Shown here: in pieces, positions 10,074-21,715 of the stretch | Layout of the letters: each line of letters begins with the position of its first letter | How positions within the stretch are numbered: position 1 is the first letter of the stretch | Assembly (NCBI RefSeq): GCF_000142905.1 | Contig: NW_013657638.1 | Span: 213,103 to 277,102, forward strand | Origin: Thecamonas trahens ATCC 50062 | Lineage: Eukaryota > Protista > Apusomonadida | Length of the DNA: 64,000 nucleotides | Direction: 5' to 3' | Notes under the pieces: model-generated | What the model was told of the DNA's origin: nothing | Databases searched by the model: none | What the model saw: only the letters and a program-made list of their open reading frames with translations | Position numbers and translations under genes: made by a program

Positions 10074-12590
10074 ATGGACGACGAGCTCGACATTCAGGTA
10101 GACAATGTCGACGGCCTGCGGTCTGCCCTGTTTGGTGGTGGCAGCGGTGGCGGAGGAGGGCAAGGACAGAGAGGGCAGGAAGGGGCACCAGGTGGAGCTG
10201 CTGCTGCTGTGCCTTCCGGAGACGACAGGGAAGAGCGCCAGCAGAAGAAGAAGAAGAGGAGGGAGGAAGGAAGAGGAACCGATGAGGAGAGACTGCGGAA
10301 GGACTTGATGGATGCTGGGGAGAAGGCTGGTGCAGAGGAGACACAGGTAGGTCATGGTGATGCAGGCAGGCACCGCAGCGGAAAGGGGGAGGGGGGGGGG
10401 GGGGGGGGGGAGGGGGGAGCAGCAGCCGACCAACCACTTACAGAGAGCAAGGATCATGGTGGTTGACAGTTTGTGGACATCGATTCGTTGGACATAGGCT
10501 CGCTGGACATCACTCGGCATGAGATCGAGTTTGGTGAGAACGAGCTGGCCCAGTTTGCCCAGCATCCGCTGCTGGCAAAGGTGCTGGAGGACGAGGAGGC
10601 GGATTTGGACGCGTTTGCTTCAGAGCTCGAGGCCAAGCTTCGTGAGGTGGAAGGCGCAAGTGTGGAAGACTACGTGCAGCAAGCCGAGTCGTTTGCGCAG
10701 TTGCACAACGAGATCGAGTCTGCAGACGCCATTCTGGCGTCCATGGAGGGTCTCCTCTCGGGCTTCCAGGCCGGGCTGGGCGGCATTTCCGCCGAGATCC
10801 GCAACCTGCAGGCGCGGTCTGTGGCGCTCAACATCAAGCTCACAAACCGCAAGGAGCTCTCTGCCCAGCTGCAGCGAGCGGTCGACGACATGGTTGTCTC
10901 GTCACGGTTTGTCCACGGCATCCGCGACGACCCGGTCGATGAGCAGTACATGGAGCTGCTGCGCGAGCTCAACGGTAAGATTGCGTTTACCCAGTCGGAC
11001 ATGGCGTCGAACACCAAGGCCATGCAGGAGCTTGTCCCTGCTCTCAACGAGCTGCGGCTGATGGCGATTGCCAAGGTCCGTGAGTTTCTTCTTGGCGTCG
11101 TGTACTCGTTCCGGCGACCAAAGACCAACGTGCAGATTGTGCAGACCGGCAAGCTGCTCAAGTACAAGGAGCTGTACGCTTTTGTGGTCGAGAACGGCCG
11201 CGACGTAGCCGACGAGGTCCGCCGCGCCTACGAGGCGACCATCGGCAAGATCTACTACACCTACTTTAAGTGGTACGTCGGCGCCATGCTCAAGCTGCAG
11301 ACTCCGATCGCCCACAAGACAGACTTGCTTGGCGTCAAGGAGTCGTCGAAGCGCTCGTTCTTTAGCAAGGCAGCAAAGTCGCGCAAGCTCGTCTTCTCGC
11401 TCGGCAACCGTGGCACCGTCCTCGATGACATCAACCAGCCGGCGGCCATGCCGAATGAGCTCTCGGCCGGAAAGGCCAAGTACCCGTTCGAGGTCTTATT
11501 TCGGTCGATCTCGGCCCTGGTGGCCGACACCGCCACCACCGAGTACCTCTTCGACATTGCCTTTTTCGGCAAGGAGGAGGTCTTCCACAATGTGTTCACC
11601 AAGGCCACCGAGGTCATTGTCTCGATGCTCGGCGACTACCTCTCGTCGTCGTGGGACTGCATCGGCATCCTACTCTGCGCCCGCATCTCGCACATGCAGC
11701 AGGAGATCATGGCCCGCCGCTCGGTCCCGGCCCTGGAGAACTTTCTCAACTGCGTCCGCCTTATGCTCTGGCCGCGCTTCGCCATGGTCCTCAACAAGCA
11801 CCTCGAGTCGCTGGCCGAGCTGGACCCGCGGACGCTGGCCGCCCTCGACGAGCACGCCCTGTACATCACCCGCCGCTTTGCCGAGTTTGTCGCCGCCATC
11901 ATCGAGGTCAACCACGGGTACAAGGACCTCTCGCTCCAACTGCAGCGGATGACCCGCAGCATGGAGGGCTTCCTCCTCCGCGCCTCGCAGGCCCTGCCGG
12001 ACCCGTCGCTCGCCGTCGTCTTCCTCATCAACAACTACGATCTCATCCTCACCATCCTCGACGAGCGCTTGCCCAACGCGCCGTACGCCCGCTCGTGGCG
12101 CGAGCTCATCCAGCAGCACATCGAGGTCTACGCCGAGGACCGGCTCCGCTCCGCCTTTGCTCCGCTCCTCGATTTTGTCCACGATGGCTTCCCCATCCTC
12201 GCAGAGCTGCAGGACGTCGCTGAAGCCGAGGCCAGCGGCACGAGCTCCGACAATGGCCCGCGCGCCTCGGTCGCCGAGCTCCGCACCGCCCTCGCCAACA
12301 TGGTCCGGGCCCACGACGTCGCCGCCGTCGCAGACACCTTTGCCGCCTCCTGGAAGGACGCCCTCGCCGCCACAACCGACCACATCCTCACCACCTTTGA
12401 CAACCTGCTCAACTCAGCAGAGGTCATCAAGTACACCGTCGGCCAACTCCTCACCTACTACTCCAAGTTTGTCGGCATCATCGACGCGTCCAAGACCCGC
12501 AGGCCAAAGTCGCTCGTCGATCTGCACAAGATGCGCCACTTTTGCAAGGACTTTGTCGCCTCCAAGACTGACTTTGCCGCCCGGAGCTGA
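10074..12590 (+). CDS. VPS52: GARP/EARP complex subunit Vps52; exon 1 10074-10346, intron 10347-10469
   Basis: LHNEIESADAILASMEGLLSGFQAGLGGISAEIRNLQ, KLTNRK, FRRPKTNVQIVQ, LLKYK, FSLGNRG, YPFEVLFRS, LWPRF, YITRRFAEF, FLINNYDLIL. Phase-0 GTAGGT...GACAG intron. Confidence 0.95.
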
Positions 12591-12882
12591 ACCAATGAAC
12601 TCGTCTTTTGCTCCTGGCACCCACTTACTCTACCTCTGCATGCAGAGTGTGTATTGCTTTGATGAGGACAGCACGCGCAGGGCGCAGTATCGGCAGCGGC
12701 AGAGTCGCCGGGCCGAGAGGGAACAGGGGAGGGGGGGGGCGAGGAGAGGGAGAAGCGCGGCGCCGGGCGCAGGCCCAGACGAACGCGCGGCCATCCCGCA
12801 TGAGGAGAGCAGTGGAGAGAGAGAGAGGGCGAGCTGCGGCAAGCCAGCAGGCAGCCAAGCCAGGCACATCATGCCATTCGAC

Positions 12883-13724
12883 TTAGACGGAGGCGCGGTC
12901 CGAGAGGGCGCGGACGATGGCGCCGTGACCGCAGGCCTTGAACAGAGCGGCATGCCACTTGAGGAGCTTGCCAGACTCGGTACCGACAGCCATGCCACGG
13001 TAGACAAACTTCATCAGCAAGTCCTGCTCATCCGGGCTGAACGAGTTGACGGCCGTCTCGATCTCCGAGTCGCGAACGCCACCCAGGATCGAGGCCACCA
13101 GGAGGCCAAACCGCTGGCGGACGTCAGCATCGGTGGTGTCTGTGGGCGGCTGGTCCATAGCCGCAGCGAGAGCACCAGCATGGTCACCACTGTGTATGAC
13201 GCGAAGTGAAGGGGGGTGAGNNNNNNNNNNNNNNNNNNNNNNNNNNNNNNNNNNNNNNNNNNNNNNNNNNNNNNNNNNNNNNNNNNNNNNNNNNNNNNNN
13301 NNNNNNNNNNNNNNNNNNNNNNNNNNNNNNNNNNNNNNNNNNNNNNNNNNNNNNNNNNNNNNNNNNNNNNNNNNNNNNNNNNNNNNNNNNNNNNNNNNNN
13401 NNNNNNNGGCTAATGTATGCGGAGAGGGGAAACGGGGGGAGAGGGGGGGAGGGGCAGGGAGATGGGAGAGGAGGGGAGAGAAGGTGGAGGGGGAGGGGGA
13501 GGGGAGAGGGAGGGAGGGGGGGGACGAGAGCGGAGAGGGAGGGAAGGGGGAGGGAAGAGGGAGCGGGGGAAGGTGTGGCCGTACCGCGAGAGCATCGAGT
13601 TGATCTCGGCCTCCTTGGCCTCAACACGGGCCATGACCTCGGCAACGTCGGTCGTCTCCTCGGCCACAAAGTGGTCGTCGATCATGGTCTCCACATCGAG
13701 GTTGCGGAAGTCTCCAGTCGCCAT
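12883..13724 (-). CDS. ARPC5: Arp2/3 complex subunit 5 (p16-Arc); exon 1 13724-13585, intron 13190-13584 (contains a gap), exon 2 13189-12883
   Basis: FRNLDVE at the N-terminus; DLLMKFVYRGM, LLKWHAAL, GHGAIVRALSDRASV at the C-terminus. A GTACGG/CAG splice restores SRGDHAGALAAAM. Confidence 0.93.
13221..13407. other. Assembly gap (others at 20161-20260, 49356-49993 and 55037-55215)
   Basis: Runs of N. Confidence 0.99.
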
Positions 13725-13960
13725 TGTGTCTCGTTGGGAAGAAGGAAGATGAGTGGCTCGGCCTCACCGACACGTTGGACTGGAGCCGACCGAGGCCGAA
13801 GACGGAGGCGGTGCCGGTGGCGGTGCCGGCTGGCCGGTGGCCGTTTCGGGCAAAGAAGGTTGTGTGGGCATTTGGTGGGCGGACGGCTATTTGAGGCCCC
13901 AGGCTGTGATAGCCGCCTGATAGCGGCAAATCATGGAAAAGAAGAAAAAGGGGGGAGATG

Positions 13961-15115
13961 TTACAGCTCATGGTGGTCGGGGCTGGGGTTAGGGTTGGGG
14001 CTACGGCCGGGGATGGCGGCGAGGATCGAGGGGAAGAGGCCGCCAAGAACGTGCTCGGCATGGTTCTCGGCCGATTGGACGACGACGGCGGCGTGGGCAG
14101 CGAGATCAGGATAGGCGCTGCCACGGCGGATGACCACAGGCTCTAGCCCTGGTGAGGGTTCGAGGCCGGGTGCGTCGCCGCGGGCGTGCGCATGGAGCAG
14201 GGCGCTTTCGGACGGCGGAATGTGGAAGGACCACTCCGAGTCGGCCGCCAGCTCGCGGGCGAGGAACAGCACGTTGGTGACGTCGTCGGCGGGATTCTCG
14301 ACCGCAATGCGGAGGTCGGGAAAGCCGGCGGCGCGGATCGTCGCCTCGACTGCGCGAGTAAGGGCGACGCCCGACCCAGACGGCGCGCACACCAGATTGA
14401 CCGCGAGAATCCCGCCCGGTGCGAGCAGCTTGGTGCGGATGTCGGCAAAGGTCTCGACAGAGAGCGTGTCGAGCGCCGCCTTGCCGGTAAAGAGCTTGTG
14501 GATGACGACCTGGTATGTTTGGGCGCCGTTTGTGGCCCGCTGAAGGAACTTGGCCAGCGACGTCACGTGGGTCCGGCCGGAATCCGACGTCCGCTTGTAG
14601 CCAAAATGGGCGACAGCAGCGTTAACAACCGCCGCATCGCGCTCGAGCACATCGACCGACCACCCGAGGATGGTGCGGGCCCGAGTGGCAACCGAGCCGG
14701 CGCCGAGGCCGATGATCAGCGCGCGGGGGACGACAGCGTCCTCCTCGTCGTCAACAACAAAGTCTGGCACAACGACCGCCGCCACCTCCGGCTCGGACAC
14801 CTCGAGCAGCGGCAGGAGCATGAGATTCATGCCGACAAACGCAATCGACGCCCGGTGCGCAGGGTCTACAAACATTGCTCCCACAAGCGCTGCGTCCATC
14901 ACCAGCAAGTCTACCTCGAACGACGGTACAGCCTCTTCGCCTTCGGCCGAGTCGGCCACCACCTCACGGTCAGAGGTGTCGACCGCCACCCGCGCCACGG
15001 TCACCAGCGCCCCGCGCGGCGAGACATACATGTCCAGCACCGAGTCACCGGCTGCGCCCAGAAGCTGCACGCACACCAGAAGCGCCACTACCACTGCCAG
15101 TGTTGTGGGGCGCAT
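13961..15115 (-). CDS. Secretory-pathway class I SAM-binding protein (spermidine-synthase/METTL13-C-like) with C-terminal HHEL
   Basis: Signal peptide; ALIIGLGAGS (motif I), VDVLERDAAVVNAAVAHFG, LLAPGGILAVN, NVLFLA; ends DHHEL. Confidence 0.75.
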   Translation of the reverse strand: MRPTTLAVVVALLVCVQLLGAAGDSVLDMYVSPRGALVTVARVAVDTSDREVVADSAEGEEAVPSFEVDLLVMDAALVGAMFVDPAHRASIAFVGMNLMLLPLLEVSEPEVAAVVVPDFVVDDEEDAVVPRALIIGLGAGSVATRARTILGWSVDVLERDAAVVNAAVAHFGYKRTSDSGRTHVTSLAKFLQRATNGAQTYQVVIHKLFTGKAALDTLSVETFADIRTKLLAPGGILAVNLVCAPSGSGVALTRAVEATIRAAGFPDLRIAVENPADDVTNVLFLARELAADSEWSFHIPPSESALLHAHARGDAPGLEPSPGLEPVVIRRGSAYPDLAAHAAVVVQSAENHAEHVLGGLFPSILAAIPGRSPNPNPSPDHHEL

Positions 15116-15208
15116 GCTGGTGTGTGTACGTGGGGTGCGGTGTGGTGAGCCACAAAGTGAGTCGCGCTGAAAACGAGCCTTCGGCGCCTGTGTGCAACCG
15201 CTGTCGCA

Positions 15209-16378
15209 TCAACTCCGCCTACGGGTTCGGTCGGCAACCTGAATGGCGCTCGCCCGCGCTGCACGGGTCGGGCGTCCATCGCCTCGCCCGCGCCCGCGCC
15301 CGCCTCCCCGCCCACGTCCGCGCCCACGCCCGCGCCCGCGTCCCCGCCCGCTCCCGCGCCCCCGCAGAGGCTCGCCCGCGCCCTCGCTTCCGTCTGCACC
15401 GGTGGTCACCGGCCCACGCTCGGGCTCTTCCTTTCGAGCGATAGAGTCCATACGAGCGAGCATAGCACGAGTCTCATCGTCGAGCTTGGGTTCGAGGGGT
15501 GAAGCCGGCGGGTGGCGGCGCAGGGGCGACGGCTGGGGCGACGGCGAGCGCGAGCGCGAGCTGTTGCGTGGGCGCGGGCGGGCAGGCGACAACGCCGTGG
15601 CTACAGTGCGACGAGGGGTGCGAACCGCAGCCTGGATGGCTGTGGCATCGGCGTCAATCGAGCGCGACCACGCAACGGGGTCGCGTGCAGCCGACGCTTG
15701 CGGGCCGCGCGAACTGCGGGCCTCGGCCGCGGCCAGATCCCGCTTGTACTGGGCAATCAGCGCAGCCTGCATCTCCAGCCTCCGCGCTTGGTCGTCGATG
15801 ATCTGAGTCTGCTCTGCCAGTTGGGCCTCGAGCTGTAGCTGGACCCGCGCCGGATCGTTCCCCGAGCTCACCCGCGCACGCAGCGTGGCCAGCAGCTCGT
15901 CCTTGAGGCCCGAGACCGGACGCTGGGCCGGACCTAGACCGGCGCGGGCCTCGGCCTTGAGCAGCGCCTCGTACTTGTCACACAGTGCTTCGTACGCACC
16001 CTTTAGATCCAGAACCAGTGCCTCCAGCTCCTCGGCCCGGGCCTGCGAAGCGGCCAGCGCGTCGGCAGCCTCGCCAGCAGCCACCTCCCACCTGCGGGCC
16101 TCGTCCTCCCAAGCCACAGCCTCGGCAGCCGCAGCCTCGGCCTCGGCCCGGGTCACCGCCCGCGCTCGCGCAGCCTCTGGCCCAACATGCCCCGCCGAGC
16201 CCCGCCGCTGCCACAGCCGCCCGCGCTGCGCCTTGGCTGCCGCTGCCTCCCGCGCAGCCACCTCTTGCCGAAGCGCCGCGTTCTCCTCAGCCAGCTCGCG
16301 GACAACCTGCTGCAGCTTGGTCGCCTGAATCCGCAGCGACGTGTTCTCCGAGCGCAGCGCTGCAGAGAGCCCTGCCAT
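15209..16378 (-). CDS. Coiled-coil protein with an RS/SP-rich segment and a C-terminal (GR)n tract
   Basis: ORF with heptad-rich LRSENTSLRIQATKLQQVVRELAEEN... and a GRGRGRGRG tail. The start at ATG 16378 is a best guess. Confidence 0.6.
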   Translation of the reverse strand: MAGLSAALRSENTSLRIQATKLQQVVRELAEENAALRQEVAAREAAAAKAQRGRLWQRRGSAGHVGPEAARARAVTRAEAEAAAAEAVAWEDEARRWEVAAGEAADALAASQARAEELEALVLDLKGAYEALCDKYEALLKAEARAGLGPAQRPVSGLKDELLATLRARVSSGNDPARVQLQLEAQLAEQTQIIDDQARRLEMQAALIAQYKRDLAAAEARSSRGPQASAARDPVAWSRSIDADATAIQAAVRTPRRTVATALSPARPRPRNSSRSRSPSPQPSPLRRHPPASPLEPKLDDETRAMLARMDSIARKEEPERGPVTTGADGSEGAGEPLRGRGSGRGRGRGRGRGRGRGGGRGRGRGDGRPTRAARASAIQVADRTRRRS

Positions 16379-17108
16379 GCCGCTCCTGCTTGCCTCGTGC
16401 TTGCTCTGACTCTGCAGACACGTGTGCCTACTCACGCACCAGCCAGCTCGACCGGGGCGAGGGCCCGGCGCGGGCTCTACTTGCCGCTCGACAAAGACCT
16501 CTTTTTTTTTCTATCCTCGCTGTTGTCTCCTGAGGTGCTACACGAGTAGAAACAGGCTGGAAGAGCAGCCGCGGACATTGGGGCTTTGTTTCGTGTCACA
16601 GCTCTTCTTCGGCTACCACAACAACCCAAAGAGCCCGTCGACAGTGATTGATGGGAAGGAGTATGGTGGCGGGAGGAGAAAAAACCGCCGCGAGGTCTGC
16701 CCGAGGTAGACCCGATCCAACCACCGATCTGGGCACTCTACCACCACTCTCCATCGCATCCATGACATGCGGATACACTCACATCACTATTGACACATGC
16801 TACTTTTGCCTGATCTCCATGGAACCCCCCCCCCTGCCACTGCCACCCCAACTACGTCTCCATCACCTTTGGCTACCCGCCCATGGTCAACCAGCCCTGC
16901 CATTTTTTTTCCTCAGCGGCGACATGAACGAAGCGCCACCCGCGACACGTGAGCGAGCCAACCGCTTCCGTCCTCATTCAGGCGCACAACTGCAAGTGGA
17001 CGACATTCGACTCGCCCAGGAAGACCGTAGGCGAAGATGGGCGGAGGAAGGCAGGGACGTGGCTTGGAGGGTGGTAGGCGGAAGGCTTCGGGCAAGACGG
17101 CTGGCGGG

Positions 17109-18941
17109 ATGGCTGGCGGCCGGAAGTGGTCGGCACGCGCTGTGGCTGTCGCCTATTTTTTCGTGGCGCTGATGGCAAGCCTTACAAGCGGCAGAGTGGC
17201 AGAGGCAGCTGGCGATGGAAGTAATGGAGGAGGAGGATGGGGCCGGCTCTCTCCGCGAGTGGTGGGCGGCACGCCTGCGCCGCCTGGAGCGTATCCAGGG
17301 CAAGTTGCGCTGACGCCTGGCGATGACTTTGTCAACTGCGGAGGAACGCTCATTCACTCGCTCTGGGTCCTCACCGCCGCGCACTGTCTCTACGACGATC
17401 GTGATCATCCGGAGGATATGTGGATCTTTGCTGGCAAGACCAATCGGTCGGAGGTGACGAGCGCCGACATGGTCCAGGGCGACGCCATCTTTCTTCACGC
17501 TGGCTACGACGACGACGATCTAACGTACTATGACATTGGTCTGCTCCGCCTCGCGAAGCCGGTGCCAAGTCGGGAAGGCATTGCAGTGGCCCGGCTTGCA
17601 GACACGGATCCTCCAGACTACGCTGTGGTCACCATCACCGGATGGGGCGCAGACACGATCAATGCCACCGGCGAGCCCGACAGGTTGCAAGAGGTCCAGA
17701 CACTGGTCCAGCCAAACGCGCTCTGCCAGGCCAACTACGAAGAAGAGCACGTCGACATCCTCCCATCGCACCTCTGCGCCGGACAAGAGTGCATCTCTGG
17801 TCACGATTCGTGCCTTGGCGACTCGGGCGGCCCGCTCTGGGCCCGATCCGAGGACGGTGGCATTGTGCAGGTGGCGCTGACCTCGTTTGGCGGCAACCCC
17901 GACGACGACGACTCTCCCTGCGGCCATCCGCGGTTCTGGGCAGTCAACACCCGGGTAACAGCCTACCTTGGCTGGATGGCATCGATCATGAACGGCACGC
18001 TCTACACGACGGCCACGCCGTCGGCGGCCGCCACCACCACCGCCGGTGGAGGCAACGCCGCATGTCCATCGCCGCCGCCCTCGCCGCCGCCGTCACCACC
18101 GCCGCCGCCCTCGCCGCCGGCTCCGCCACCAACGCATCTCACAGGTGCACTCGCAGGCATCTATGCGCAGCCTCATGTCGTTATCGACGGAACGGCGGCG
18201 GTGCTCGCCGACGCGCACGCGGCGTTCCTTGGCACCGTCACCGTTGCATCTGGAGCATCCCTAACTATTGCCGACGGCACACCTGGATCAGCTGTCCTCG
18301 CAGTCTCGGGCGCCGCTGGCATGAATCTACAGCAGCGAGCCGAACTGATTCTCCGCGGCGGCAATGCGGTCGAGACGGCTGCATTTCTGCTAGCGTCGAC
18401 GTCGCAGTTGCAAGTCCGCCTCGACGCATCGCAGGCAGCACCGTCGACCAGCGTCGCTCTGGCTGTCTCAGGCGAGCTGGTGATCAACGGGCATCTGCGG
18501 CTGAGTGTTAGCTACACGCCTGCCCCTGGAACCATCTTTCACATCGCGTCCTGCGCCGTCTGCCGCGGCAAGTTCCGAACGGTGGCTCTCGATGCAAGCG
18601 ACGTGGCCGGCCTGACACCGGTCGTCACGGTCTTGGCTGGCGAGGTCAGCGTCACACTGGTGCCTGCGGCAGCGCCGAGCTCGCCAAGACGGCCGCGACC
18701 GGGAAAGAGCACGACCGTGATCGCGGTCGTCTTTGCGGTCGTCATTGTGGTCGCGGCAGTGGCAGCTACCGGCGTTGTCCTGCGCCGGCGATCGCGCAGC
18801 GGCAGATACGCGCCTTTCGACGACGGCATTGCGCTCGACGCGCGCGCCGCAGCAATGGCGCAAGCTGCAAGCCGGCCGTCGCCGTTTGTATTCCAGCAGG
18901 ATCCGTGCGAGAGCGATGTGCTCATGGGATTGTCACGTTGA
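17109..18941 (+). CDS. Type-I membrane trypsin-like (S1A) serine protease
   Basis: Signal peptide, R|VVGG activation site, CGGTLI..WVLTAAHC, DIGLLRL, DSCLGDSGGPL, Pro-rich linker, beta-rich stalk, TM VIAVVFAVVIVVAAVAATGVVL followed by RRR. Confidence 0.93.
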   Translation: MAGGRKWSARAVAVAYFFVALMASLTSGRVAEAAGDGSNGGGGWGRLSPRVVGGTPAPPGAYPGQVALTPGDDFVNCGGTLIHSLWVLTAAHCLYDDRDHPEDMWIFAGKTNRSEVTSADMVQGDAIFLHAGYDDDDLTYYDIGLLRLAKPVPSREGIAVARLADTDPPDYAVVTITGWGADTINATGEPDRLQEVQTLVQPNALCQANYEEEHVDILPSHLCAGQECISGHDSCLGDSGGPLWARSEDGGIVQVALTSFGGNPDDDDSPCGHPRFWAVNTRVTAYLGWMASIMNGTLYTTATPSAAATTTAGGGNAACPSPPPSPPPSPPPPPSPPAPPPTHLTGALAGIYAQPHVVIDGTAAVLADAHAAFLGTVTVASGASLTIADGTPGSAVLAVSGAAGMNLQQRAELILRGGNAVETAAFLLASTSQLQVRLDASQAAPSTSVALAVSGELVINGHLRLSVSYTPAPGTIFHIASCAVCRGKFRTVALDASDVAGLTPVVTVLAGEVSVTLVPAAAPSSPRRPRPGKSTTVIAVVFAVVIVVAAVAATGVVLRRRSRSGRYAPFDDGIALDARAAAMAQAASRPSPFVFQQDPCESDVLMGLSR

Positions 18942-19009
18942 TGGTGGCGAGAGAAGTAAAGGGACACAGGGAGCGGCATTCACTGCGAGACGGAGCTCGG
19001 ACAACTACA

Positions 19010-20426
19010 CTATGTCAGCCGCTGGATGACGGCGGCCTTGAGAAGGCCGGCATCGGCGAGCGAGGCGTCCGAGGCCGCGATCGGCTTGGGCGGGAAGGAG
19101 GCGCGGAGGACAAAAGTGACGCCAGGGGAGAGGGCCTGGACGTAGGTGTAGAGGTCGTTGACGGTGTGGGTGGTGTTGAACGTCGCCGAGTGACGCTCGC
19201 CCGAGGCGAGGCGGATCTGGATCTGGGTGGTGGGCTTGGCATCGTCGACGGCGATGGCGGCCGGCACGGCAGCGCCCGCGGCGGAGGAGGCCGGCGCGGA
19301 AGCAACTGGAGTCATGTCGACATTGACGCTGGACGACGAGCCAAGCGTCTGGCCCGAGCCGGCAAAGGCAACGTACTTGGGCTTGGGCGGCTCCTTGTAC
19401 TCCTCGGGCCCGTGGTCCATGAGCGAGACCGCGACTTCGCGGCCACGGAGCTCTGCGGCCCACTCGGACGGCATGCGACCGGCCTTGAGCTGGTCGAGGA
19501 AGGTCTTGTTGGCCGGAAGGTCAAAGGCACGCAGCGGGCCATCGTCGACTGAGAACCCGTTGGCCCACATGTGAACAACCTTCTTGATGGGACCCTGTGG
19601 CCCTGCGGCGGCAGCGGCCGACGTGGGCGGCGGCAGCGGAGTCGAGCCGGAGACGGTGTTCCCGAGGCGGAAGCCCGTGCCAGCAAAGGCCGGCGTGGTA
19701 GCAGGCTGTGCGGCGGGATCCATGTCCTCCGACCCGCCCTGCTTGGCGCCAAGGGCCTTGAAGGCGTCCATCATGTCGGCCGCCTCGCCACGCTTGGAGC
19801 GCTTGTCCGGGCGGCCCTGAACAGCCACCCCGGACCGCTCACCGCCAGCATAGTACTCGTTGGCATCATCCCCATCATCATCACCATCCCCGTTGCCCGC
19901 AGCCTGAAGATCAGCAAAGGTCCGGATGCGCGAGCCAGACGATGGCGGCGGGCGGCGAGAGGCGGCAGGCGGCGGAGCCGATGACCGAGCAGAGGCCAAC
20001 GATGACGATGGGCGGGCAGCAGGAGCAGCAGGAGGAGCAGGAGCAGCAGACGGACCATCGAAGAAGGCAGCGATGGCCGCATCGAGTGCACCATGTGCGG
20101 CTGGTGGAAGGGCGGGAAGGGGGAGGGGTGAGTATGCACGGGGGGGGGGGGGGGGGGGGGNNNNNNNNNNNNNNNNNNNNNNNNNNNNNNNNNNNNNNNN
20201 NNNNNNNNNNNNNNNNNNNNNNNNNNNNNNNNNNNNNNNNNNNNNNNNNNNNNNNNNNNNAATAGGTGGGCGAACTTAATGTGATGTTAGGGGTTTTCTG
20301 GGTCTTCTCCCTGAGTTGTTCAGCAAGGATCGAGTATCCCTCATTATGCCTGACCTGAGGAACTGCTTGGCGACGGTGGCCGAGGCGCCGGTGATGGCGG
20401 GTGAACTGGGCCACTTCCGAGTCCAT
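19010..20426 (-). CDS. NSFL1C: p97/VCP cofactor p47 (UBA-like, SEP and UBX domains); first exon about 20426-20357 with a 1-nt frameshift, intron spanning the gap
   Basis: NEYYAGGERSGVAV, FAGTGFRLG, SEP domain HMWANGFSVDDGPLR...GRMPSE, FAGSGQTLG, UBX domain TTQIQIRLASG...FNTTHTV...FPPK...LADAGLL. Exon 1 reads MDSEVAQFT/AITGASATVAKQFL. The exon junction phase is uncertain. Confidence 0.9.
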
Positions 20427-20687
20427 GGTGGTGGCCTGGGGGGGGGGGGGGAAGGGGGGGGAAGGGAGTGAGGTGGGCGGCGCGGAAGCGACCTGGCGAC
20501 CGCGGCGTTGAGTGATCGGCGGCTGGTGGACGGATGGTTTGGCGGGCGGGCGGCAAGCGGGCGGATCGGCAGATGACATGGCGGACGGATCGGCAGGTGG
20601 AGGTGGCGGGACGGGGTGTATGGTGGGGGGGGGGGAGGGGGGGGGGGGGGGACTGGCTGGCGCTGGGTAAGGTTTAATCGACGACGA

Positions 20688-21677
20688 TCAGAAGAAGAGC
20701 TCCTCGCACTGGGCGCGGGTGTCGTCGGGCGAGGTGACGGTATGGCCAATGGTGCGGTCGCACTCGAAGATCTCGTAGTCGTTGCCGCCCGGATAGGTCT
20801 TGTCGCCAAAGAAGTGGATGGTGTCAAAGGCGTCGAGGTAGCGAAGGCAGTAGACCTTGGTCCAGCCCTTGGGAAAGACGTCCATGGAGATTTGGCCGCC
20901 GATGGAGACCTGGATGCCAAAGGCGTCGCCAAACTTGTCCTCGATGGCCTTCTTCATGGCGACACGGACGCCGGCGCCCTTGTCAAACTCGTTGAACGCC
21001 TCGCGCTCGGCCTGGGAGCAGTCGCGGCCGATGGGCGAGACGTTGATCATGCCGTTGCGCCACTCGACAAACGTGCCGCGCTTGACAGGGATGTCCAGCT
21101 TTGCCACATAGGCGAGGACAAAGTTGATCAGCTCCTGCATGCGCTCCTCGCCGAGGTATGCCAGGAACGAGTCGTCGCCGAGCTGCTCCGAGCCCTTGTA
21201 CGCCGTGAGGCCGTTCTCGCCAAAGACATAGTCGAACGAGTCGAGGATGTCATCGCCGATCTGCTCCTTGATCTTGCCAAAGTCCGAGCCGCCGACAATG
21301 CCCACAACCACCCGCTTGCGCAGCTGATGGAGGAACGTCCGCATCTCGGCGGTCGACTTTTGCCGCGCCGGCGTCAGCGTCCCATCCACGTCAAACAGGA
21401 CGAGCGTGCTCTCGTCGCGCTCCGCCGGCGGCGCCGGGCAAGCCGAGTCAGCACCAGCACCAGCACCAGCACCGGCCGCTGCCGAGCTCACCACGCCTGC
21501 CGAGGAGTATCCGTAGCCGGCCGGGAAGCCGCCGTAGCCAAAGGCGCCAAAGGGAGCAAAGCCGCCGTACGGGGCGTAGCCGTAGCCGTAGCCGTAGCTG
21601 TGGTGGCTGTGGTGGTCGCCCGAGGCGGCGGCGGCGGCACCGGGTGCGAGCGGCTGGTGGTGGGGATGGGGGTGGTG

Positions 21678-21715
<38 letters not shown>

